Assembly (NCBI GenBank): GCA_963674785.1
Contig: OY771555.1
Location: 224,001 to 288,000, forward strand
DNA length: 64,000 nucleotides
DNA from: Caldisericia bacterium
GTDB taxonomy: Bacteria > Caldisericota > Caldisericia > JAAYUI01
Direction: 5' to 3'
Under the pieces are notes generated by a model. The model was given only the letters and a program-made list of their open reading frames with translations. It did not search any database and was not told the DNA's origin. Positions 7,827 through 16,523 of this stretch are shown here, one piece after another. Made by a program: the position numbers and the translations under genes. Positions within the stretch are counted from its first letter, which is position 1, and each line of letters begins with the position of its first letter.

Positions 7827-10601
7827 TTACATCTCAATCATTTCAAGGATGAAATCAACCACCAAACTGTCAACTTCTCCCCTACCGATCGACATGTTAT
7901 CAATCCACACAGGTGGATTTTCTTCTGTGTAGGTTGTGTTTGCTGGATTTGAAAATTCACCTTCAGCAAAGTTTACTCTTGTAAAATTGCAACTTCCCTC
8001 TCCACCATATTCAGTTGATGTTGCATGATTAATCATTCTCAGTGCATGATCATTTGTTTTTTGGACATGATCCTTTTCATTTTGAATTCTCAGATAATTC
8101 CCGGGATAGTTTTCAATCTCGAGGTATGCTTCTCTGGTATCCCAAAAATCTTCATCTTTTGGTAAAGACTGTCCATGTTTTCCAGAATAATCACACAGGC
8201 TTCCGTCTGGTCCCTCCTTGTCGATAAAGAACTTCACAGGGGGATCATTTGGATATCTGCCGAGTGTACAAGCTGACATAATCAAACCAAACGACATTGA
8301 AAGAACACCAAGATTGTCAGGATCGACAAAAGGTAAATCTGAAACATATGACAATACTTCGTGCATACCATCTTGATGAATAAGTCCTGAGTAATTCTCC
8401 TCACCGCCTGTTTTACCTCTACCCTCAGGATCAAAAACAACTACAATCACTCCGCTTTTTACAATCTCAGAAATCAGTCTTGTGTCCTCCATCTGGGTTC
8501 CAAAACCATTTCCACCAGGAACAACCAAAACAGTCGGGTAGCCTGACTCAGGTTTATCAGACGTTGGCTTGATAATGTGAACACATAAATCAGTCCCCGA
8601 TGATGGATTAGTCACCCACTCCTCAATCACAGATGTTGATTTAGTTTCTCCATCAATAACAGTAAGAGAAATATCATCGAACCAGACGGTACCGGTTCCA
8701 AGCAGTGTGCATCCAATAGCAATTGCATCGGAACCTTCGGTTACCTCAAATATCCCTTCAACATATGTCCAATCGGATGTACCCATGACTGCTGGTTCAG
8801 TTGCTGGATATGGTGGTTTATTCTCTTTTTCTCCACCCAAACAATTCAAATCAATGAATGCTCTTCCTTTAGAACTTTCTGATTTGATATACCCACATAG
8901 TTTTACAAAAGCTGGGGATTCAATATCTGTAACAATCTGTGCCCAAATACTTACACCATCAGACTCGTTTGTTATTTTTGCAGAATTTTTCCCGCTCCTT
9001 GGTGATTCTACTATCTCAAGTTCTTTTCCGTCAGTTTCTCTTCCAACCCTTCTTGGACTCCAACCAATTTCACCATCTTCAAAACCTGGGTTTTTCAATA
9101 CATTTTCTAAGTCATCTGATTCCTGAGGTGCAATTTTTGTAAGATCAAGTTTTATACAATACCACTTTTGAGTAAGTCCAGATTCATCATTTTCTTCCGA
9201 TTCAACCCAAACATCCTCAACAATCCCTGGAATGCTCACATAATGACTCTTTTGGTGCTGAACTCTCCACTCATTTTCGACAAAATATGGAAACTTAACC
9301 ACAGGATGGGTTTCAGTTGCGTTTGCCAATTCAACTTCAAACCCTCGATAGTAGATTGAACTGACTCCGCCATCTGAACCGTTCATGTGAGCATCTGCAG
9401 GTCTGCTACCAACGTTTCCCTGTTTTGGGAGACTACCGATTATGGAAAAATTATCTAACTGCTTTGTCCATTCCTCTTGGTTTTCTTCCCATGTTCCCTC
9501 AAGCAGAAAACTACCACCATAATCTTCAAGCCAAAGACACTCTGCACCAAAATCCCACTTCATATGGATTGGAGCATTCTCATCTTGTGGAATGATTGCA
9601 ACTTTTGAGTCTTCTCTGCTTGGGAACCCAGCATCAAGATTACCTTTTTTCCACTCTGTTCTACCTTTTGATGTCTCCATGTTTGCCCAATAACCATCAG
9701 AATCTGCGTTTTCCTGTACCCAAAACTGGGTCACGGGGTGTGCTTTAAGTGGGGTCGACCTTGCTGGAACATCGAGGTATCTGAGGAGTGCAGTTGTCAA
9801 TCTTTCAAATTCAATGCAGATTGCCCTACCGTTTTCAATGACCTCTTCTGGTGTATAACACCAATCATCAAAATCAATTCCGAAACCACCGTAGGTTGTT
9901 TGGTAATTTCCACATGTGAGATCATCACGGTAAATAGAAACAAGGTCATATTCAATGTTTGATACTACCCAATCATAAACGGCTCTCGCTCTTTTCATGA
10001 GGTTATCTTGATCATCTGTTGGAATACCATCCAAAATTTCATCACCAATTTCTTTGACGGTGTCAGTGATTTCATATCCTTCACCCTCAACAAGATATGG
10101 CAAAACATCGCTTGGAAAGCTCTCAGAATCCAAAATCGCATACTCAGGAAGCTCTTCTGGTGGTGAAGACACCTTCTCACTGATGATATATCCACCAACA
10201 ATTCTTAACGTCTCCTCTTTATAGTATTTCTCAGGTGATTTTTCAGTCAAAACAAAGGTTAGACTATCGGAATCGACTCCAATCCTTCCTTGTGTTGATT
10301 TGTAGAATCCATCTGCCTCTGCTGAGACCATATACCTTGGAGAAGAAACTGGAATATCAGATAAAACAAACTCACCATCTTCATTAGTCTCAATCTCTCT
10401 TGTAATGACAGGTATCCTTGTCTGATTTCCGTTTTCAAGCCAAACAGAAGCAAATGGGATAGGATTCATATCTTCATCAACAACAACACCAGAAATATCA
10501 AAAGTCTCGGCATCAACTCCGATCGCAAACGTAGAGGTTCCAGGAACAACAACTATAACAAACAATGCCAATACAACAAAAAATGTAACAACTCTTTTCA
10601 T
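7827..10601 (-). CDS. Secreted multidomain protein: carboxypeptidase-regulatory-like, transglutaminase-like, CBM4/9-like and alpha/beta-hydrolase domains
   Basis: Signal peptide MKRVVTFF. Motifs: ISGVVVD..PIPFASV; YDWVVSNIEYD..AICIEF..AHP; NVLKNPGFE..GTVWFDDISL; PGGNG..DPEGRG..SMSFG. Confidence 0.75.
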   Translation of the reverse strand: MKRVVTFFVVLALFVIVVVPGTSTFAIGVDAETFDISGVVVDEDMNPIPFASVWLENGNQTRIPVITREIETNEDGEFVLSDIPVSSPRYMVSAEADGFYKSTQGRIGVDSDSLTFVLTEKSPEKYYKEETLRIVGGYIISEKVSSPPEELPEYAILDSESFPSDVLPYLVEGEGYEITDTVKEIGDEILDGIPTDDQDNLMKRARAVYDWVVSNIEYDLVSIYRDDLTCGNYQTTYGGFGIDFDDWCYTPEEVIENGRAICIEFERLTTALLRYLDVPARSTPLKAHPVTQFWVQENADSDGYWANMETSKGRTEWKKGNLDAGFPSREDSKVAIIPQDENAPIHMKWDFGAECLWLEDYGGSFLLEGTWEENQEEWTKQLDNFSIIGSLPKQGNVGSRPADAHMNGSDGGVSSIYYRGFEVELANATETHPVVKFPYFVENEWRVQHQKSHYVSIPGIVEDVWVESEENDESGLTQKWYCIKLDLTKIAPQESDDLENVLKNPGFEDGEIGWSPRRVGRETDGKELEIVESPRSGKNSAKITNESDGVSIWAQIVTDIESPAFVKLCGYIKSESSKGRAFIDLNCLGGEKENKPPYPATEPAVMGTSDWTYVEGIFEVTEGSDAIAIGCTLLGTGTVWFDDISLTVIDGETKSTSVIEEWVTNPSSGTDLCVHIIKPTSDKPESGYPTVLVVPGGNGFGTQMEDTRLISEIVKSGVIVVVFDPEGRGKTGGEENYSGLIHQDGMHEVLSYVSDLPFVDPDNLGVLSMSFGLIMSACTLGRYPNDPPVKFFIDKEGPDGSLCDYSGKHGQSLPKDEDFWDTREAYLEIENYPGNYLRIQNEKDHVQKTNDHALRMINHATSTEYGGEGSCNFTRVNFAEGEFSNPANTTYTEENPPVWIDNMSIGRGEVDSLVVDFILEMIEM

Positions 10602-10788
10602 CTTCGAAACTCCTTCTCTTTTATTATTAAATACGAGTAAAAAGAGTGAAAAGTCTGCGATGCAAAAAAGCGTCAAAAAAGCGACATTCTTTTTAAAAAC
10701 AAAGCAATTCCATATCTCATCTGAGTCGAATTTAACTTGATCGATGTAGTACGTGTAACAATTGACGAATCAGGATTTCAGAAATTGC

Positions 10789-12339
10789 TCAATAGTCAGC
10801 ACTCTTAGAATCAAGATAATCATAATCAGGGAATGATATTCGAACAATTCCTTCTCTGCTTGTTGGCACTTCATCTTTTGGTGTCCATGATACCTTTGAA
10901 TCAAAGGCTTCAGAAACAAACCTGAGCGGAACAAAAAGTCTGTCTTCAATATTTTTTATGGTCACATTTGGATTTTCTGGGTCAATCAGGAAGGGCTTTC
11001 CATTAATCTTCGCAGTTGGGTTATCCTGCCAGAGCTCAATCACACGACTTTCAAAAACAAGTCTACTACCAAAATCAATCTTAGGCAGTGTTAGAGTTGC
11101 TTTTTTGGTGGTCTCATCCCACTGCACATCTCCTGCAAAAATTGGTAACACATCATCTTCCTCCTGAGTGTAAATATTTTCCATCAACCATCTTACAGGT
11201 ACCATTGTCCTATCATCAACAATTTGAGCTCTTGGGTCAATTGGTACTTTTTTGTTATTTATCTGTGTAAAAAACTTCATTATAGGTATCACGGCTTCTC
11301 TGATTTTTATTGATTTTTTGGAGAGAACATCTTCAATCATTCCAATCAGTTCAAGCGAATTTTCAGCATCTATGGAACTGAATTTATAGATGGACTGATT
11401 ACCTGAATCAGTAACCCAAATATCGCCTCTATTATCAACTGAAATCCCATTGATTCGTTCAAAAAGTGACTCATCGTCGTCACGAATGGGTTTGATTTCA
11501 TTGATGTATTTTCCATATTCATCTGTTATTACCACACGCTTATTTCCCTGGTCAACGATGTAGTATCTATTTGGTGAATCTTCATTCCAATCTGGAACCA
11601 AATCAACAGGATGATTCAACTAAAAGTCATCATCCGCTCCTCCAAATTCAATAACAAATTCACCATTTCTTCTGAACTTTTGGATTCTGTTGTTTCCGGT
11701 GTCTGCGACTAAAACATAACCTCTTCTATCGACCATCAACCCTTCTGGATTATTGAATTCACCTTCACCATCACCTACTGGTGCGGGGTTATTTTCATAC
11801 CCACTTGGCACAGAAAATCTAAGAATACAACAAAAATTGCATTCATTAGCATTTTTATCAAAATCAATTGATGGTGGATCATAACGCAATAGCTTGTTAC
11901 CAGCCCGGTCAACCGCATAGTTGCCTATATCATCATATATCTCGCATGCAGAAATATCCCAAGGTTCAAGTACTTCATTCCTGTATGATTCATATTGATT
12001 CCAGTATGACTCGCCCCTAAAGTCAACATGAAAAGCATGTTTTTTTTCAGTGTCTGTAACTATAACACAATTCAAAAGTCTATCGGTTGCAATACCAACT
12101 GGATTTCCAAGCTTCCAATCAGGACACTCATCACACTTATCAAAAAACACTCCGAGATAGTTCATATCATAATCATACATGATGACCCTGTCATTAATTG
12201 GGTCAGTCGCATAAAGATAAAAATCATTACCAAAAGCAGTTCCAATTTCTAGCTGGGTCTCATCACTCAAGATAATAGAGCTACCAAACACAAAAAAAGT
12301 TAATAACACTAAACTTAATATAAAAGATATTTTCCTCAT
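10789..12339 (-). pseudogene. Secreted NHL-repeat beta-propeller plus stalk (Cu-amine-oxidase N) domain, interrupted by an in-frame TAG at 11620-11622
   Basis: Two abutting in-frame ORFs. NHL repeats (GEFNNPEGL..VADTGNNRIQKF) continue across the stop. C-terminal DRTMVPVRW and RLFVPLRFVSE stalk motifs. Confidence 0.75.
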
Positions 12340-12513
12340 TTCTTCACCCCTTTCTTTCCCGTTATTAGTTTTTATTGTCCGAAAGCTGAATCTCAAAATA
12401 AGGTCATATTGCTTATAAATAGGTTAAAAGTTTAAGGATAATGTGTTACAAATACGACTGATTTTTGAGTTAAATCAAGCAATTTTCCTTTCTCATAAAC
12501 CAATTCAATACCC

Positions 12514-12542
12514 TTGACAACTATGATTTGAAAACCTATATT
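12514..12542 (+). promoter_or_regulatory. Sigma70-type promoter
   Basis: TTGACA-17 nt-TATATT, 11 nt before the ATG at 12554. Confidence 0.7.
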
Positions 12543-12553
12543 CAATTTTTGTC

Positions 12554-13105
12554 ATGGCAAAATCTCTGAGCGGCTCAATAGAAGAATTTAACCTGATCGA
12601 TGTAGTATCTGTAATAATCAACGGATGCATGATGGGTATATTGCTTGTGGAAACTGATGATCAGGTAGCAGGAAAAATGGCTTTCTGGGACGGAAAGCTT
12701 GTCCATGCTGCATACGGAAACATAGCAGGAGATGAGGCCGTATCACATATATTAAGTTGGAAACATGGAAAGTTCACATTCAGCAGCACAAGGTGGAGTG
12801 GTGTCCCAACTGTCAAACAAAACTTCAATCAAATCTTGCTTGACCACTCTGTGATGATGGACGAAGCAACAGCACAGCTTGGTCAATCAATCACCGGAAC
12901 AACAAAAATCAAAGTAAAAATCTCACCACAAGACCTAAGTAGCTTTGAACTTTCTGCTGATGAATGGATGGTTATTTCACAAACCGAAGGTGAATCATCT
13001 GTTGCTCAGGTGATTGGAAATCTTGGGTTTTCAAGAGAAAAAATGAGAGAGATTTTGGGCAGACTGCTCAGACTTGGACTCATTGAAATAGTCGCAAACG
13101 TCTAG
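12554..13105 (+). CDS. DUF4388 (PatA-N-like) domain protein with a C-terminal winged-helix-like segment
   Basis: LSGSIEEFNLIDVV..G.L.V..G.LVHA..GDEAV..ILSWKHGKF; C-terminal LSADEW..LLRLGLI. Confidence 0.8.
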   Translation: MAKSLSGSIEEFNLIDVVSVIINGCMMGILLVETDDQVAGKMAFWDGKLVHAAYGNIAGDEAVSHILSWKHGKFTFSSTRWSGVPTVKQNFNQILLDHSVMMDEATAQLGQSITGTTKIKVKISPQDLSSFELSADEWMVISQTEGESSVAQVIGNLGFSREKMREILGRLLRLGLIEIVANV

Positions 13106-13133
13106 TTCGTCTACCCAATCAAACCAATAAAAA

Positions 13134-13466
13134 TTATTCTATCGAGACAAAAACTACTTCCCCATCATCTCCTGTGACTTCAATTACTTCTCCCCTGAAG
13201 TCTTCATCTTCAAGTGCCTCTTCAACTTTTGAGAAGTCAACCTGGTTTCTGATTTCCTCTTTGACTTCTTCACCCACCCAGTTTATTGCCCTTTTTATCA
13301 TTCCTGTGGGGACAACGATATTGACGTTCTTGCCGTCCTTGCTTCGAACCTTCACTCTGATTTTTCTGGGGCTTCTTCTCAAAATTGTTTTGATCAATTG
13401 CTTTGCTTCTACCTTTGAGATTTTTCCCTCAGCAAGATCTTCCAAAACCTGTTTAATATCATTCAT
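13134..13466 (-). CDS. SHOCT-like domain protein
   Basis: VLEDLAEGKISKVEAKQLI followed by KIRVKV..VNIVVP. Start at MNDIKQ overlaps the upstream stop. Confidence 0.65.
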   Translation of the reverse strand: MNDIKQVLEDLAEGKISKVEAKQLIKTILRRSPRKIRVKVRSKDGKNVNIVVPTGMIKRAINWVGEEVKEEIRNQVDFSKVEEALEDEDFRGEVIEVTGDDGEVVFVSIE

Positions 13467-13980
13467 TCCAGTCGAAGTTATTCCAGTCAAAGCAGATCCC
13501 TCCTTCATTTCTATTACGCATACTTTTTACAATAATTGCAATACCTGCTGCGATCAAACATGCTGGCCAGAACCATGCCCACCATGTATTCATGGCGATT
13601 AATCCTGTATTTACAATCATCCTTGTGGCTCCGAGTGCCAACAGGATTACCCCAAGAAACGAGAATTTTCCCTTTCTCCCAGCCTTAACAAGCTGCCCTA
13701 TTCCAATCACACCAATAATCACTGGCCACACAAGATTCCACCAACTTCCAGCTGCTGGAAACCATCCGAAAACTGCACTTCCCAAGATCACAAATCCTTG
13801 CAGGACAAGATATATTCCAAAGAACTGCGAGGATTTACCATTAGTATGAATTCCTCCGTGCACCTTTCCATGTCCACAGCAATGGCTGTGATTTCGATCT
13901 TCTTTTATTCTTCTTGCTCCATCCTCCGGAGACGTTTTCCCAGATTCAACATCATCTAAAATATCGTCAATTTTATCCAT
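13459..13980 (-). CDS. LiaF/DUF5668-like membrane protein with an N-terminal SHOCT-like helix
   Basis: Four TM segments with repeated WP motifs (LVWPVII, WFWPACLI). Confidence 0.7.
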   Translation of the reverse strand: MDKIDDILDDVESGKTSPEDGARRIKEDRNHSHCCGHGKVHGGIHTNGKSSQFFGIYLVLQGFVILGSAVFGWFPAAGSWWNLVWPVIIGVIGIGQLVKAGRKGKFSFLGVILLALGATRMIVNTGLIAMNTWWAWFWPACLIAAGIAIIVKSMRNRNEGGICFDWNNFDWNE

Positions 13981-14066
13981 TTCCTTCCTTCTCCTTTATC
14001 AATTACCATATATGACACAAGACCCAATGTTTTGATTTTTCGATAAAATTAAATCCGTAACTATTC

Positions 14067-14567
14067 ATGAAAGACGAAATCATAAGAACAATGGAAACAA
14101 TGTTTGGAATTGGATACGATATACACAAACTTGAACCAAATAGACCCCTGATTCTCGGGGGTGTTCATGTTCCTTTTGAAAAAGGATTGGATGGAGATTC
14201 AGATGCAGACGTTGTTTGCCACAGCATAATTGATGCTCTTCTTGGTGCCTCTGGAATGGGAGATATTGGATCATTTTTTGGCATTGGAACTCCTGAGATC
14301 ATGGATGCAAGGAGCCTTAATATGCTCTCAGAACTCAAAAAACATCTTGATGAAAACGATATCGCTATCGTAAACATTGACACAACAATAATCGCCCAAA
14401 CTCCAAAGCTTGGTGATTTCAGAACCGAAATGATTTCCAATATTTCAAAAACACTAGACATCAAACACGTTTCAGTGAAATTCACAACCCCAAAACATAT
14501 TGGGTCGCTGGGAAGATCAGAGGCAATTGCTTGTCTTGCAATCGCAAGCATAAAAAATAACATTTAG
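14067..14567 (+). CDS. ispF: 2-C-methyl-D-erythritol 2,4-cyclodiphosphate synthase
   Basis: GIGYDIH, SDADV..H...DALLGA, GDIG and NIDTTIIAQ. The true start may be 14091 or 14100. Confidence 0.93.
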   Translation: MKDEIIRTMETMFGIGYDIHKLEPNRPLILGGVHVPFEKGLDGDSDADVVCHSIIDALLGASGMGDIGSFFGIGTPEIMDARSLNMLSELKKHLDENDIAIVNIDTTIIAQTPKLGDFRTEMISNISKTLDIKHVSVKFTTPKHIGSLGRSEAIACLAIASIKNNI

Positions 14568-14606
14568 ATTGTTAAAGAAATTGGCACTCAAAAAAGTGAG
14601 GATAAA

Positions 14607-15041
14607 ATGGATAAAAAGGTAAACATCGAAGAAAAAGTCAGAAATCTAGTATTACTCGCAAAAGAGCTCGGTCTCTCAAAGCTTTCTGTTGAAGATGAAG
14701 AGGCTGAAATCTATTTCGAGCTTGCTGGTGCAACAAAAATAGCCACTCAAGGTTCAACAAAAGAGACAAAGGTTATGGAAAGACCAAGTGAGGAAAAAGA
14801 TATTTCAGGAAAGTATGTCTATGCACCTTTCGATGGAATTTTCTACAGCTCCCCTTCACCCGAGTCACCATCTTTCGCTGTTGTAGGACAGAAGGTTGAT
14901 GCTGGTGAGACCCTCTGTATTATTGAGGCCATGAAGGTTATGAACGAAATTCAGGCAGAAAGCGGCGGAGTTGTAAAAGAGATACTCAAAGAAAATGGAG
15001 ACCAGGTTCTTAAAGGTGATCCATTATTCTTAATCGCTTAG
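14607..15041 (+). CDS. accB: Biotin carboxyl carrier protein
   Basis: GIFYSSPSP and the EAMKVMNEI biotinylation motif. Confidence 0.88.
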   Translation: MDKKVNIEEKVRNLVLLAKELGLSKLSVEDEEAEIYFELAGATKIATQGSTKETKVMERPSEEKDISGKYVYAPFDGIFYSSPSPESPSFAVVGQKVDAGETLCIIEAMKVMNEIQAESGGVVKEILKENGDQVLKGDPLFLIA

Positions 15042-15208
15042 CTTTCTGCCAAAATCCAAAAGCTGGTTATCAAATAAATCCTTTGTAAATTCGGTCGATG
15101 TTATTTGATTTCTATGTTTTTGTTTTTTACTTCGTGTTACCTCGTGTTTAGTCGAACTTTTCTGCTATCAGGAATATATTGCAAAAAAGAAAGGTTGGTA
15201 AAAACAAC

Positions 15209-16294
15209 ATGATAGACAAAAATGCTGTGATGAAGGCTCTTGCAAAGGTTGATGATCCTGAACTTGGTGTTGATCTTGTAACTTTGGGAATGATACAGGA
15301 CGTAAAAATTGATGGGGGCAGTGTTCATATTAATGTGCTCCTAACAATTCCCGGTTGCCCATTGAAAAACACCATTGGCAAAAGCATAGTTGCCGAGGTA
15401 TCAAAGGTTCCTGAGGTTCAAACGGTAACCTTTGATTTTGGAAGCATGACAGATGAACAAAAACAAAAAACCTTTGCGATCGCGCAAGCAAAAAGAAATG
15501 CCGACAAAGGACAGCAAGCTCCTCAGGAAGACCCACTTCAAAAGCTTTCCGGGAAGAATATAAAAAATATAATCGCAGTTGGTTCAGGTAAGGGCGGAGT
15601 TGGAAAATCGATGACAACAGCGATGATTGCTGTTGAAGCAAGAAGACAGGGATACAAAGTTGGTATCCTCGATGCAGATATTACTGGCCCATCAATCCCA
15701 ACTCTCTTTGGACAAAAGGGACTCCTTACAACAGCCAAAAAGGGTGTTTCACCAAGAGCAACAAAAACTGGAATTGAAATCGTTTCCATGAATCTTCTGA
15801 TGCAGGATCCAACACTGCCAGTTATATGGAGAGGGCCAATCTTATCGGGAGTACTAAAACAGTTCTATAACGATGTTTCATGGGGAGAGCTCGATTATCT
15901 ATTCCTCGACCTTCCACCTGGAACTGGTGATATGCCACTTACTGTTTTTCAAGTATTCCCGTTAAATGGTCTAGTTGTTGTAACCAATCCACAGGAACTT
16001 GCGAACATGGTTGTCACAAAATCGATAAGAATGGCAAGCGAAATGAAGATTCCGCTTATCGGAATAATTGAGAACATGACCCATCTTAAGTGCCCTGGAT
16101 GTGGTGAAATAATCGAAGTATTCGGGAAATCCAGAGTTTCTGAGAATTGTAAAAACCAAAGCGTCCCTTATCTCGGTGGAATCCCTATAAATCCTGATTT
16201 TGCTAGACTCTCAGATCAAGGAAATATTGAAGATGTTGAGATGCCTGTCGCAATTTCAGAAACTTTTGCTATAATTGACGGCAAGAAAAAGTAG
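15209..16294 (+). CDS. mrp: Mrp/ApbC (NBP35) Fe-S cluster carrier ATPase with N-terminal DUF59
   Basis: DPELGVD..LTIPGCP, SGKGGVGKS, DADITGPS, DLPPGTGD and ENM..CPGC. Confidence 0.93.
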   Translation: MIDKNAVMKALAKVDDPELGVDLVTLGMIQDVKIDGGSVHINVLLTIPGCPLKNTIGKSIVAEVSKVPEVQTVTFDFGSMTDEQKQKTFAIAQAKRNADKGQQAPQEDPLQKLSGKNIKNIIAVGSGKGGVGKSMTTAMIAVEARRQGYKVGILDADITGPSIPTLFGQKGLLTTAKKGVSPRATKTGIEIVSMNLLMQDPTLPVIWRGPILSGVLKQFYNDVSWGELDYLFLDLPPGTGDMPLTVFQVFPLNGLVVVTNPQELANMVVTKSIRMASEMKIPLIGIIENMTHLKCPGCGEIIEVFGKSRVSENCKNQSVPYLGGIPINPDFARLSDQGNIEDVEMPVAISETFAIIDGKKK

Positions 16295-16304
16295 GAGCTT
16301 GATG

Positions 16305-16523
16305 ATGAGTGACGAAAAAATTACAGGGGAAATGACCCTTGGTGATGTTATCAAGAAATGGCCTGAAACAGCCGAAGTATTCTTTCAGTTTGGGCTTCAC
16401 TGCATTGGATGTCACATAAGCGCATTCGAATCAGTAAAAGATGGCGCAGCAGCACACGGCGTAAATCCTGATGAACTCGTGAAAGCCTTGAATGAAAAGG
16501 TTTTTGGGAAGGGAACAGACTGA
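16305..16523 (+). CDS. DUF1858 (hybrid-cluster-associated redox disulfide) protein
   Basis: FGLHCIGC..ESV..GAAAHG; SD AGGAG. Confidence 0.85.
   Translation: MSDEKITGEMTLGDVIKKWPETAEVFFQFGLHCIGCHISAFESVKDGAAAHGVNPDELVKALNEKVFGKGTD

Noticed and set aside
11620-11622. Genome-wide TAG reassignment
   Set aside because: Conserved genes (accB, mrp, hypF, rdgB) end at TAG at their normal lengths, so TAG is a functional stop.
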